Notes: generated by a model not told the origin, from the letters alone. DNA of 64,000 bases from Phycisphaerae bacterium (GCA_050115495.1 JASFQK010000007.1:64001-128000), one strand, 5' to 3'. Counted from the first letter of the stretch, positions 1-9,497 are shown. Numbers and translations are program-made.

Positions 1-1738
1 GGAGCGGGTTGTTGAGCCACACGTCGCAGCCGGCGGTGAGCAGACGGCCGACCTGCATGTCGTAGTTTTCGAGCAGGGCGACGCGGCCGCGCAGGCCGGC
101 CTTGTGCGCGAGCGTGTAGATCTGCCGGGCGAACGCCTGTCCCGCTGCATCGCGGGGATGAGCCTTGCCGGCAAAGACGATCTGCACGGGGCGGTCGGGG
201 TCGTTCAGGATCGCGGCGAGCCGCGGCAGGTCGCGGAAGATGAGCGGAGCCCGCTTGTAGGTGGCGAATCGCCGGGCGAAGCCGATGGTCAGGACGTCCT
301 CGTCGAACATCTCGCACGCGGCGCTGAGCTCGCCGACCGGGCCGAGCCGCCGGGCGATCTGGTCGCGCAGACGCTCGCGGATGAACTGCACCAATCGGGC
401 TCGCAACTGTCGGCGGACGGACCACAACTCGCCGGCGGGGATACGTGGGGCACGCTGCCACGGATTGTGCCTCGGCCCGGCGCCGAGCCAGCGTGGCTTG
501 AGGTGCCGCTGATACAGCCCTTCGACCTCCGGGGCGAGCCACGTCTGCGAATGCACGCCGTTGGTGACGTGGCCGATGGGGACGTCTTCGGGGCGTTTGG
601 CGTCGAACACGTCCATCCACATCCGCCGCGAGACTTCGCCGTGCAGGCGCGAGACGCCGTTGCAACGACCACTCAGCCGGAGAGCGAGCACGGTCATGCA
701 GAAGGGCTCGGTGCGGTCGGCGGAGTTTTCGCGGCCGAGGCCGAGGAACTCGTTGCGCGGTACGCCGATCTCGCGCATGAGCGGGGCCAGGTAACGTGTG
801 GTGAGCTTCGGCTCGAAACGGTCGTGGCCGGCGGGGACGGGCGTATGCGTGGTGAAGACGGTCGAGGCACGCACGTTCTCGATGGCGCGGGCGAACGTTC
901 GGCCGGCCCGCCGCAAACGCCGCAGCCGTTCGAGCGTGCAGAAGGCGGCGTGGCCTTCGTTGAGGTGGAAGACGTTGGGTCGCAGGTGGAGCTGTTCGAG
1001 GGCGCGCGTGCCGCCGACGCCGAGGAGGATCTCCTGACTGAGTCGCGTCTCCTGGTCGCCGCCGTAGAGATGACGGGTGATGGCGCGGTCCGCGGGGCGG
1101 TTCCGGCGGACGTCGCTGTCGAGCAGGTAGAGCGGAACGCGGCCGACGTCGGCGCGCCAGATGCGCGCGGTGACCTTGCGGCCGGCGAGCGGCACGGTGA
1201 CGTGCTGGCGTGTGTCGGTCAGCGGCAGCAGCGAGTAGTCGCACTCCGGGTAGAGCGCAAGCGTGCTGCCGTCACTGGCGAATGACTGCTGGTAGTAGCC
1301 GCAGCGATAGAGCAGGCCGACGGCGACGAGGGGTACGCCGAGATCCGACGTCGACTTGAGATGATCGCCGGCGAGAACGCCGAGTCCGCCGGCGTACTGC
1401 GGCAGGCATTCGTGCAGGGCATATTCGGCGCAGAAGTAGGCGACGCGGAGGCGTTTGTCGGCGTGCTTCGCGGTGCGGGCGAACCACATGCCGGCCCGCA
1501 GGTACGCCCGCAACAACGTCTCGTACTCCTTCAATAGCGCGCGGAATGACTTGTCCGCGGCGCAGGCTTCGAGCCGGGCGGGCGAAAGACGAGCGAGCGT
1601 TTCGAGCGGGTTGTGGTTGGTCGCGTCCCATAGCACGGGGTCGAGCGCGGCAAACAGCCGCTGGGCCGGGCTGTTCCACGTCCACCACAGGTTGCCGGCC
1701 AGTGCTTCCAGACGCAGCCGCAGGTCAGGTGACGGCAT
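1..1738 (-). CDS. glgP: Alpha-glucan (glycogen/maltodextrin) phosphorylase, 3' end runs off the window
   Basis: Not in the ORF track. Translated by hand from ATG 1738: MPSPDLRLRLEALAGNLWWTWN...AYFCAEYALHECLPQYAGGLGVLAGDHLKSTSDLG...HLNEGHAAF...NGVARLHG...HVTNGVH, all GT35 phosphorylase motifs. Lies 2 nt after the malQ stop. Confidence 0.95.
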   Translation of the reverse strand, partial: MPSPDLRLRLEALAGNLWWTWNSPAQRLFAALDPVLWDATNHNPLETLARLSPARLEACAADKSFRALLKEYETLLRAYLRAGMWFARTAKHADKRLRVAYFCAEYALHECLPQYAGGLGVLAGDHLKSTSDLGVPLVAVGLLYRCGYYQQSFASDGSTLALYPECDYSLLPLTDTRQHVTVPLAGRKVTARIWRADVGRVPLYLLDSDVRRNRPADRAITRHLYGGDQETRLSQEILLGVGGTRALEQLHLRPNVFHLNEGHAAFCTLERLRRLRRAGRTFARAIENVRASTVFTTHTPVPAGHDRFEPKLTTRYLAPLMREIGVPRNEFLGLGRENSADRTEPFCMTVLALRLSGRCNGVSRLHGEVSRRMWMDVFDAKRPEDVPIGHVTNGVHSQTWLAPEVEGLYQRHLKPRWLGAGPRHNPWQRAPRIPAGELWSVRRQLRARLVQFIRERLRDQIARRLGPVGELSAACEMFDEDVLTIGFARRFATYKRAPLIFRDLPRLAAILNDPDRPVQIVFAGKAHPRDAAGQAFARQIYTLAHKAGLRGRVALLENYDMQVGRLLTAGCDVWLNNPL

Positions 1739-1740
1739 AC

Positions 1741-3330
1741 TCATTTCTCCGAAGCGGCGCCCGCGGTGCGGACGCGGTCGTATGCAACAGCCAATTCGTG
1801 CAGACGATCGGCGATGGCCGGCGTCAGGGCGTTCGGCGGAAGCCGCCAGCGCCAGTTGCCCTCGGCGGTGCCGGGGAAGTTCATGCGAGCCGCACTGCCG
1901 AGGCCGAGCAGGTCCTGTGCCGGGATGACGGCGAGGTTGGCAACGGACATGTACGCCAGGCGGATGATGTCCCAGTGGATCTCGCGGCCGGTTGTGCCGA
2001 GGTAGCGGAGCAGGCGGCGGTATGGCGTCGCTCCGCCGCGGCGGCCGCGCTGACGGGCCTCGGCTCGCAACGTGCGGAACCAGCCGACGGTCGTGTCGTT
2101 GTCGTGCGTGCCGGGATAGACGACGCACTGGCGCAGATAGGCGTCGGGCTCGTTGTAGTGGTCGCCGTCGCCGCCGAAGGCGAAGTGCAACAGCCGCATG
2201 CCGGGGAAGCCGAAGTCGTCGCGCAGGGCGGTGGCCTCTTTCGTCACGACACCGAGATCTTCGGCGATGATCTGCACGGGGCCGAGCGTCTTGCGCAGGG
2301 TTTCGAGCAGTGCTCGGCCGGGCACGCGCGCCCAGCGGCCGTGCTGCGCCGTTCGCGCGCGGCCCGGCACCGCCCACAAGCGATGGAAGCCGAGGAAATG
2401 ATCGACGCGGACGGCGTCGAACTGCTCGAACGTTCGGCGGAAACGGGCGAGCCACCAGGTGAAACCGCTACGGCGATGGCGAGGCCAGTCGTAGTGCGGA
2501 TGGCCCCAGAGCTGGCCGGTGCGGCTGAACATGTCTGGTGGAACGCCGGAGACGACGCGTGGCCGGCCGCCGGGTTCGAGCTGGAAGAGCTTGGGGTGGG
2601 CCCAGACGTCGGCGCTCTGGTGGGCGACGAAGATAGGGATGTCGCCGATCAGACCGACGCCGCGCTGATGGGCATAGCGGTGCAGGGTGGACCACTGCCG
2701 ATCGAAGATGAACTGGCAGAAGCGGTGGAAATCGACGTCGTCGGCCAGAGAGCGGCGGGCCTGGTCGAGGGCCGCGGGTCGGCGGGTGCGCAGAGGCTGG
2801 GGCCAGCGTGGCCAGGGGCGGCCGTGGCACTTGTCCTGCAACGCGGTGAACAGGGCGTAGTCTTCGAGCCAGTCGCGATGCTGTTCGCAGAAAGCGTCGA
2901 AGGCGGCGCGCTGGCGGCGGCTGCGGGCAGCGAACGCGGCGTGCGCCCGGCGAAGTCGATCGAGGCGATAGGGGCGGACTGCTTCGTAGGCGACGTGTTG
3001 GTCGCGCAGGCCGCGAGTCGGCGCCAGGTCGACTTGGCTCAACAGGCCGTCGCGAGCGAGCAGTTCGAGGCTGATGAGCAGTGGGCTGCCGGCCATGGCC
3101 GAGGTCGAACTGTATGGGCCGTCGCCGGGACCGGGGGGCACGACGGGCAGCATCTGCCACCAGCGTTGGCCGGCGGCGGCGAGGAAGTCGACGAAGGCGA
3201 ATGCCGACGGCCCGAGGTCGCCGCTGCCGTGCGGACCGGGGAGGGACGTCGGGTGCAGCAGGACGCCGGCGGCACGCTGGTCGAGGCGGAAGCGTTTCTC
3301 CATGGCCGACGAACTCCGCGGCGGGGTCAC
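1741..3330 (-). CDS. malQ: 4-alpha-glucanotransferase (amylomaltase, GH77)
   Basis: GVLLHPTSLPG, GDIPIFV, GVPPDMFSRTGQLWGHP, RVDHFLGF, IAEDLG, YPGTHDNDT, RMNFPG..GNWRWR. Start is 3330 (GTG, overlapping the upstream stop) or ATG 3303. Confidence 0.96.
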   Translation of the reverse strand: MTPPRSSSAMEKRFRLDQRAAGVLLHPTSLPGPHGSGDLGPSAFAFVDFLAAAGQRWWQMLPVVPPGPGDGPYSSTSAMAGSPLLISLELLARDGLLSQVDLAPTRGLRDQHVAYEAVRPYRLDRLRRAHAAFAARSRRQRAAFDAFCEQHRDWLEDYALFTALQDKCHGRPWPRWPQPLRTRRPAALDQARRSLADDVDFHRFCQFIFDRQWSTLHRYAHQRGVGLIGDIPIFVAHQSADVWAHPKLFQLEPGGRPRVVSGVPPDMFSRTGQLWGHPHYDWPRHRRSGFTWWLARFRRTFEQFDAVRVDHFLGFHRLWAVPGRARTAQHGRWARVPGRALLETLRKTLGPVQIIAEDLGVVTKEATALRDDFGFPGMRLLHFAFGGDGDHYNEPDAYLRQCVVYPGTHDNDTTVGWFRTLRAEARQRGRRGGATPYRRLLRYLGTTGREIHWDIIRLAYMSVANLAVIPAQDLLGLGSAARMNFPGTAEGNWRWRLPPNALTPAIADRLHELAVAYDRVRTAGAASEK

Positions 3331-5831
3331 TTGGGTGTCGCCGCGTGCAGGACGATTCCGCCGAGCGGCGGCACGGACAGCTCGACGCGTTCATCGGTGG
3401 CGGCGATCGTGTCCGTGGTGCCGAACACGCCCTTCCACTTATGCGGCGCGCCGGTCGGCAGTGCCACGGCGACCTTCGCCGGCTGCGTCGAGGCGTTCAA
3501 GGCGACGATGAGCTGCTCGTTCTGGTCTTTGCGCAGGAACACCCACACGTCGGCGGCATCGTCGCAGAGCAACGTCTGGAACGTGCCGGTGCGCAACGCC
3601 GGATGCTCGCCACGCAGCTTGATGACCTGCCGGTAGAACGCCAGTTGGTCGTCCATGACGGCGTTCTCTTCGGGCTTGTCGTAGGGCTGGAGGTCTTTCC
3701 AGAGCATCGGCTTGCGGCAGGTGGGGTCGTCGGCGCCCCACATGCCGACCTCGTCGCCGTAGTAGACCATCGGTGCCCCGATGTACGTCATCTGGATGAG
3801 CGCGGCCAGCCGGGCGCGTTGGTAATCCTGCGCGGACGGCTTGGCGTTGTTGTACTTCGGGCCGTTGTCTTGCACGCGGTTGGCGTGGTCGTAGGCGCGG
3901 TCGGGGTTCAGGGCCATCGACGCGACGCGGTCGGTGTCGTGGCTGTCCATCAGGTTCTGGAGCACGAGCGTCGCCGGCAGCGGGTACGACAGGCGCAGCT
4001 CACGCAGCCGGCGGTCGAACTCGCTGACCTTTATCTTCCAGTTGCGGTCCATCACCCAGGACACGACGGCGCGGGCGAACGGGTAGTTCATGACGGCGTC
4101 GAAGTGGCGACCGTCGAGCCACATCTCGCTGCGGTCCCAGATCTCGCCGGTGATGTACGCGTTCGGGTTGATCGACTTCACCAGCGTGCGCCACTCGACC
4201 CAGAACGGCTCGGCGATTTCGTTGGGCACGTCGAGCCGCCAGCCGTCGATGCCGTCGCTCGGATCGCCGTCGCCGTTGGGGTCCATCCACCGGCGGGTGA
4301 CGGCGAAGATGTGCGCCTTGACCGTCGGGCTGGCCAGGCCGTCGGGGCTCTTGCGGAAGACGGGCAGATCGCCGAAGCCGGCCCAGCCGACGTACTCGAA
4401 CGGCTCCCACGAGGTCACTTCGAACCAGTCGGCGAAGCGCGAGCTGCGGCCGTTGGCCAGCACGTCCTGAAACGCCGGATGCGGCCGGCCGACGTGGTTG
4501 AACACGCCGTCGATGATGACGTGGAAGCCCTGGGCGTGGGCCGTCTCGATGAACTTCAGGAAGCGGCGGTCGGAGTCGGTCCACTGCCACGTGGACGGGT
4601 CGAGCAGGTCCTCGCGGGCGGCGACGGCGTCGTAGTCGCCACGCGTACCGAAGTGGTCGTCGATGTGGACGTAATTGGTGGCGTCGTACTTGTGGTTGCT
4701 GGCGGCCTTGAAGACGGGGTTGAAGTAGATGGCGTTAACGCCGAGCTCTTTCAGATACGGCAACTCCGCTTCGACGCCGGCGATGTCGCCGCCGTAGAAG
4801 CGGCGGAAGACGTTGAACTGGTAGAACGTCTGGCCGTTGTCGACTTCGTACGGACACGGTGAGAACCACTCGCTGGTCCAGGGGCAGACCGGTTCGGGAT
4901 CGTTGCCCGGATCGCCGTTGCGGAAGCGGTCGGGGAAGATCTGGTACCAGATGGCATTCTTGGCCCAGTCGGGCGTGCGGAAGACGCTCTCGTCGGTGAA
5001 GCTGGTGCTGTAGTCGTAGGGGTCGCTGACGCGCAGGTCGCCGTCGGTGAGGATGAACGTGTACTCGACGCGGTGCACGCCAGGGTCGCGGCTGCGGCGC
5101 TCGGGGCCGAGAGGGACCTGCGCCTCGTACAGGGCGAAGCGGTCGTCCTCCTGGATGAGGTCCATGGGCGTCAGACCGTCATCCTTGAGGGCGACGGCGA
5201 CGCTCTGCACGTCGCCGGCCAGCGTGCGATAGCGGATCAGCACGCGATCGGACGCGAGTGACTGGAAGTAGAGCGGCAGGTAACAGCGGTGCTCGAGGCC
5301 GCCGGCGTCGATCTGACCGTCGCCGCGGGTGGCCGTCGAGCGGGTCAGGTGAGCGAGGCGGCCGAGGCGCAGAACGGAGTTGTTACCGCCGTGGCCGTCG
5401 TCGGTGACGTCGGTGTTGAGCGGGTCAGGGTGCCACTGCTGCCCGTTGACGACGAACTTGTAGTCATGCACGCCCGGCGGCAATTCGACCGCGACGGACC
5501 ACTGTCCGTCGTCGCCGGGACCGGCCAGCGGATTGGCGCCGCTGTTCCAGCCGTTGAACGTACCGGCGAGGTTCACCGACGTCGCCGGTCCGGAAGGCCG
5601 ATAGCGGAACGTGCAGCGCCAGAGCGACGGGCCGACCGGCTCGGCGGTCACCGAGGACGGCAGGCTGCCGGCGTCGGCCTCGGCGGCGATCTCAAGCCGC
5701 GGGGCGGGTGGCCAGTCGGCCAGCGCCCATGACGGACCGGCGGCGAGCAGCGCGAGCAGCAGGAACGTGGTGATGCCACGGCCCGCAGGCGGCCGCGACC
5801 CGGCGGTTGTCGTGTGTTTGCTGGGTTTCAT
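3327..5831 (-). CDS. Exported GH13 neopullulanase/amylopullulanase-like alpha-amylase with N-terminal CBM48-like module
   Basis: Signal-like segment TTFLLLALLAAGPSWALA. VNLAGTFNGWN...YKFVVNG..W..DP (CBM48-like). WYQIFPDRFRNGD, GGDIAG, DGVFNH, DGWRLDV, GEIW, DSHDTDR, YYGDEVG..DP.CRKPM. Start placed at ATG 5831 just after a TATAAT. Confidence 0.92.
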   Translation of the reverse strand: MKPSKHTTTAGSRPPAGRGITTFLLLALLAAGPSWALADWPPAPRLEIAAEADAGSLPSSVTAEPVGPSLWRCTFRYRPSGPATSVNLAGTFNGWNSGANPLAGPGDDGQWSVAVELPPGVHDYKFVVNGQQWHPDPLNTDVTDDGHGGNNSVLRLGRLAHLTRSTATRGDGQIDAGGLEHRCYLPLYFQSLASDRVLIRYRTLAGDVQSVAVALKDDGLTPMDLIQEDDRFALYEAQVPLGPERRSRDPGVHRVEYTFILTDGDLRVSDPYDYSTSFTDESVFRTPDWAKNAIWYQIFPDRFRNGDPGNDPEPVCPWTSEWFSPCPYEVDNGQTFYQFNVFRRFYGGDIAGVEAELPYLKELGVNAIYFNPVFKAASNHKYDATNYVHIDDHFGTRGDYDAVAAREDLLDPSTWQWTDSDRRFLKFIETAHAQGFHVIIDGVFNHVGRPHPAFQDVLANGRSSRFADWFEVTSWEPFEYVGWAGFGDLPVFRKSPDGLASPTVKAHIFAVTRRWMDPNGDGDPSDGIDGWRLDVPNEIAEPFWVEWRTLVKSINPNAYITGEIWDRSEMWLDGRHFDAVMNYPFARAVVSWVMDRNWKIKVSEFDRRLRELRLSYPLPATLVLQNLMDSHDTDRVASMALNPDRAYDHANRVQDNGPKYNNAKPSAQDYQRARLAALIQMTYIGAPMVYYGDEVGMWGADDPTCRKPMLWKDLQPYDKPEENAVMDDQLAFYRQVIKLRGEHPALRTGTFQTLLCDDAADVWVFLRKDQNEQLIVALNASTQPAKVAVALPTGAPHKWKGVFGTTDTIAATDERVELSVPPLGGIVLHAATPK

Positions 5832-5846
5832 GCCGCGAATTATACT
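5818..5846. promoter_or_regulatory. Overlapping divergent sigma70-type promoters
   Basis: Top strand: TTGCTG(5818-5823)-17 nt-TATACT(5841-5846). Bottom strand: TATAAT(5844-5839), 7 nt before ATG 5831. Confidence 0.6.
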
Positions 5847-5884
5847 CGGCCGGCCGCTGGTGACAGCGGTGCGGCGGAGGTTGC

Positions 5885-8299
5885 TTGAGGACGAACCTGG
5901 GCAGGCAGGTCGGTCGTGCGCTGCGGGTGATCGTGGCCGTCGTGGCGGTCGCGATGACGCTGGGCGCCTTCGCCTGGGTGGGTACACGGCCGCTGCGCCA
6001 GGCGAAGCTGGGGCCGAACCAGGTTCTGTTGCGTGTTGTCCACTGGGGAGATGACACCGAAGACGCCATCGTCGCCCGGCTAATCGCCGGTTTCGAGCGA
6101 AAATACCCCGACATTCGCATCATGCGGGTCAACCCGGGCGGCGCTGAGGCCGTGACGACCAAGGTGCAGACAATGGTCGCCTCGGGTGATCCGCCGGACG
6201 TGTTCTATCTTGGCTACGAGCGCGTGGCCGGCTGGGCGGCGAAGGACGTGCTGGCCGACCTGGAGCCATTCATCGCCGACGACGAGGCCCGTGAAGATCC
6301 GGATGCGCTGGATCTGAATAACTTCTACATAAACGTGGTCGACGCGTTCCGCTTCGACGGCGAGGTGACCGGCCGGGGAAGGCTATACGGCATTCCGAAA
6401 GACTTCACCACAGTCGGCTTCTATTACAACAAGGATCTGTTCCGACGGGCGGGCGTGCCGGAGCCGGCACTCGATGGGTGGACGTGGGACGAGTTCATCG
6501 ACGCGGCCCGGCGAATCGGGCAGCTCACGGACGAGAAGGGCAACCCCTGCTACGGAGCCGACTTCGTCACGTGGGAGGCGATGCTGCGCGTCTATTGCTG
6601 GACGTGCGGGGCGCAGATCACCAGCGACGGTTTCCGCACGTTCGACTTCCTCGACCCGCAGGTCGTAGCGGCTCTGGAGCGGCTGCGCGGCTGGTTCTTC
6701 GAGGACACGCGGGCTCTGCGCAGCGCCAAGACACAGCTCGAAACTGGCGAGGAGCCGTTCCTCTCCGGACGCGTCGGCCTGGCTGGACCGTTCGGGCGAT
6801 GGAAGATCCCGCCCTACCGGGAAATCAAGGATCTGAAATGGGCTTTCGACTGGGATTTCGCCCCCCTGCCGCACGAGGCCGGGCACCCGCCCGCCAACGG
6901 CATCTTCACGACGGCGTGGGCGATGTCGCAGCGGACGGCGCAATCGCCGCGGGCGGACGCCGCGTGGAAGCTGATCCGCTATCTCTGCGGTGAGGAGGGA
7001 CAAACGGCCATCGCCCGCGAGGGCCTGGCCATCCCCACGATGATCAGCGTCGCCGAGAGCGAGGCGTTCGCCGACCCGGCGCTGAAGCCGGACAACGACC
7101 AGGTATACCTCGACATGGTGCCGTCCGCCCGGCCGATCATCTGGCCGCCGGACCCGAAGTACCTGGACCAGTTCCGCCGCCCGATGGAAGAGGTGTTCAA
7201 GAGCGGGGTGAAGACGGTGCCGCAGGCGCTGGCCCAGGTACAGAAGGACTGGGAAGCGCTGAAGGCCGCCGACGTGATGCAGGATCGGTACCCGCGGATG
7301 CCGTGGGGCCTGGTGGCGACGGGGATCCTGGTGCCGCTGAGCCTACTGGTGGTCGTGGCGGCGGCGCTGTGGTGGTCGCGGCGGCCGTCGCGGGTCGCGC
7401 TTCAGGAAGAAGTCGCCGGCCTGGGCATGGTCAGCCCGTGGGTGATCGGATTCGTGACGTTCACGGCGTTTCCAATCGTGCTGTCGCTGCTGCTGGCGTT
7501 CTGCCGGTGGAGCGGACTGGCCACGCTCGATCATGCCGAGTTCGTCGGGCTGGATAACTTCCGGCAGATGTGGCACGACACGGGCTTTCGGAACTCGCTG
7601 CGGGTGACGCTGTACTACGCGGTGCTGGCTGTGCCGCTGGGACAGATACTGGCCCTGCTGGCGGCGACGCTGATGAACGCCGAGGTGCGGGGCATCGGGC
7701 TGTTCCGGGCGGCGTGGTACCTGCCGAGCGTGCTGGCCGGCGTGGCCATCGCCATCCTGTGGCGGTGGGTATTCCATCACGAGCACGGCATGCTGAACGC
7801 CATGCTGGACCCGGTGCTGGGGCTGTGGGACCTACATGCCCCGCGTTGGTTCGAGCACGACGCCGCGACGTGGGGCGTGCCGGCGTTCGTCATCATGAGC
7901 TTCTGGGCGCTGGGTGGACCGATGATGATCTACCTGGCCGGATTGAAGGGGATCCCGCAGGATCTGTACGAAGCGGCGGCGATCGACGGGGCCGGCTGGT
8001 GGCGGCGCTTCCGCAACGTCACGCTGCCGATGCTCAGCCCGGTCATCTTCTTCAACGTGATCATGGCCCTGATCGCGTCGTTCCAGGTGTTCACGCAGGC
8101 GTATGTCATGACCGGCGGCGGGCCGGGCGACGCCACACGGTTCTACGTGCTGTACCTGTACAACAACGCGTTCGACCTGCACGAGATGGGCTACGCGTCG
8201 GCGATGGCGTGGCTGCTGCTGTTGATGATTCTGGCGCTGACGTTGTTCATTATGAGGAGTACGAGGCGGTTTGTTTATTACGAGGCGTTGAGGGCATAG
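5885..8299 (+). CDS. Fused extracellular solute-binding protein + carbohydrate ABC permease (MalE-MalF-like)
   Basis: N-terminal TM, then SBP motifs (GDPPDVF, LYGIPKDFTTVGFYYNKDLF, WTWDEF, WDFAPLP), then permease (FVGLDNF, AWYLPSV, LAGLKGIPQDLYEAAAIDGA EAA loop, MGYASAMAW). GGAGG precedes the TTG start. Confidence 0.92.
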   Translation: MRTNLGRQVGRALRVIVAVVAVAMTLGAFAWVGTRPLRQAKLGPNQVLLRVVHWGDDTEDAIVARLIAGFERKYPDIRIMRVNPGGAEAVTTKVQTMVASGDPPDVFYLGYERVAGWAAKDVLADLEPFIADDEAREDPDALDLNNFYINVVDAFRFDGEVTGRGRLYGIPKDFTTVGFYYNKDLFRRAGVPEPALDGWTWDEFIDAARRIGQLTDEKGNPCYGADFVTWEAMLRVYCWTCGAQITSDGFRTFDFLDPQVVAALERLRGWFFEDTRALRSAKTQLETGEEPFLSGRVGLAGPFGRWKIPPYREIKDLKWAFDWDFAPLPHEAGHPPANGIFTTAWAMSQRTAQSPRADAAWKLIRYLCGEEGQTAIAREGLAIPTMISVAESEAFADPALKPDNDQVYLDMVPSARPIIWPPDPKYLDQFRRPMEEVFKSGVKTVPQALAQVQKDWEALKAADVMQDRYPRMPWGLVATGILVPLSLLVVVAAALWWSRRPSRVALQEEVAGLGMVSPWVIGFVTFTAFPIVLSLLLAFCRWSGLATLDHAEFVGLDNFRQMWHDTGFRNSLRVTLYYAVLAVPLGQILALLAATLMNAEVRGIGLFRAAWYLPSVLAGVAIAILWRWVFHHEHGMLNAMLDPVLGLWDLHAPRWFEHDAATWGVPAFVIMSFWALGGPMMIYLAGLKGIPQDLYEAAAIDGAGWWRRFRNVTLPMLSPVIFFNVIMALIASFQVFTQAYVMTGGGPGDATRFYVLYLYNNAFDLHEMGYASAMAWLLLLMILALTLFIMRSTRRFVYYEALRA

Positions 8300-8315
8300 G
8301 AGCAAAGGGGTAGGC
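8293..8315 (+). repeat. Left arm of inverted octamer repeat
   Basis: ggcatagg-agcaaagg-ggtaggc. AGGAGCAAAGGGG (8298-8310) is the exact reverse complement of CCCCTTTGCTCCT (8558-8570). Confidence 0.7.
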
Positions 8316-8542
8316 GTGCTGAGGACTTATCGAGATCTTAAGGTTTGGCAGAAGGCGTTCAGGCTGTGTGCACATATCTATACTGCAACTCGCGGGCTGC
8401 CGCGGGATGAGCGGTTTGGGTTGACTGCGCAGATGCGGCGGGCGGCGGGGATCTCAGCCCGGCCATGGAAGACGTCGACGAGGTGGAGCGCATGCTATCC
8501 GCACTCATCCGGTCACTGATCGCCAAGGAGGAATCTCAATGA
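8316..8542 (+). pseudogene. Internally deleted, frameshifted four-helix-bundle protein (23S rRNA IVP / TIGR02436-like)
   Basis: N-terminus YRDLKVWQKA...LPRDERFGLTAQMRRAA. At ~8448 a different frame gives the family-like C-terminus DLSPAMEDVDEVERMLSALIRSLIAKEESQ* (TGA 8540-8542). The central SxxxNIAEG...GSxxE block is missing. Confidence 0.8.
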
Positions 8543-8551
8543 CGCAATCCG

Positions 8552-8615
8552 CCTCTGCCCCTTTGCTCCTTTGTTCCTTTGTCCCTTTGTTCCTTCACCC
8601 CTCTGCTCCTCCAAC
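8552..8615 (+). repeat. Tandem octamer array (8 x CCTYTGYY-like), right arm
   Basis: cctctgcc cctttgct cctttgtt cctttgtc cctttgtt ccttcacc cctctgct cctccaac. Confidence 0.85.
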
Positions 8616-8627
8616 TTCCGTGACCCT

Positions 8628-9497
8628 ATGAAACCCAAGACCTTCGCCATCTACGCGACGCTCCTCGCCGGCAGCCTGGTCATGCTCTTTCCGCTGTGGT
8701 GGATGATGGTGGTGAGCCTAGCCACGCCGAGTGAGGCCAGCGCCGCCGGCACCGACTTCCAGTGGTTCCCGCGGAGCTGGGAGTGGGGCAACTACGGGCA
8801 GTCGCTACTGAAGATGGGGTCGGTGCACGGGACGGGCACGTGGGCGGACTGGTACGGCTTCCTGGACGCCTTCGCCAATACGATCGTGATCACAGTGCTC
8901 AGCGTCGCCGGCCAGGTGCTGTCGTGCAGCCTGGTGGGCTATGCGTTCGCCCGGCTGCGCTTTCGTGGTCGGGAGCCGGCGTTCATCGTCATGATCGCCA
9001 CGATGATGCTGCCGGCACAGGTGACCATGATCCCCATGTTCATCCTGTTCCGCTGGTTCGGGTGGATCAACACGTTCCTGCCGCTGGTGGTGCCGATGTT
9101 CTTCGGCACGCCGTTCTACATCTTCATGTTCCGGCAGTTCTTCGCGCAGGTGCCGCAGGCCCTGGTCGAGGCGGCCCGGATCGACGGCTGCGGCCACCTG
9201 GGCATCTGGTGGCGGATCATGCTGCCGCTGTGCCGGCCGGTGATCGCCATCACGGCGATCTTCGTGTTCATCTTCGTGTGGAACGACTTCCTCGGGCCGC
9301 TGATCTACCTGCACAGCGAAGAGCAGATGACACTGGCGGTCGCCCTGAACCAGTTCAAGAACCAGTACGGCGACTTCCGCGATATGAACCTGCTCATGGC
9401 GGCGAGCATCGTCACCATGATCCCGTGCATCGTGCTGTTCTTTGTGGCGCAGAAGCAGTTCATCGGCGGGCTCAGTCTCGGTGGGGTGAAGGGGTAG
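8628..9497 (+). CDS. Carbohydrate ABC transporter permease (MalG-like)
   Basis: GYAFARLRFRGR, TMMLPAQVTMIP, LVEAARIDGC EAA motif, WNDFLGPLIYL, C-terminal GVKG. Confidence 0.94.
   Translation: MKPKTFAIYATLLAGSLVMLFPLWWMMVVSLATPSEASAAGTDFQWFPRSWEWGNYGQSLLKMGSVHGTGTWADWYGFLDAFANTIVITVLSVAGQVLSCSLVGYAFARLRFRGREPAFIVMIATMMLPAQVTMIPMFILFRWFGWINTFLPLVVPMFFGTPFYIFMFRQFFAQVPQALVEAARIDGCGHLGIWWRIMLPLCRPVIAITAIFVFIFVWNDFLGPLIYLHSEEQMTLAVALNQFKNQYGDFRDMNLLMAASIVTMIPCIVLFFVAQKQFIGGLSLGGVKG

Noticed and set aside
104..4862. Long + strand ORFs (104-1285, 1546-3636, 3081-4862)
   Set aside because: Antisense shadows of glgP, malQ and GH13 caused by high-GC codon bias. No family motifs.
8316..8542. DGR accessory gene avd / diversity-generating retroelement
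   Set aside because: No reverse transcriptase and no TR/VR pair with adenine-specific differences in the window.
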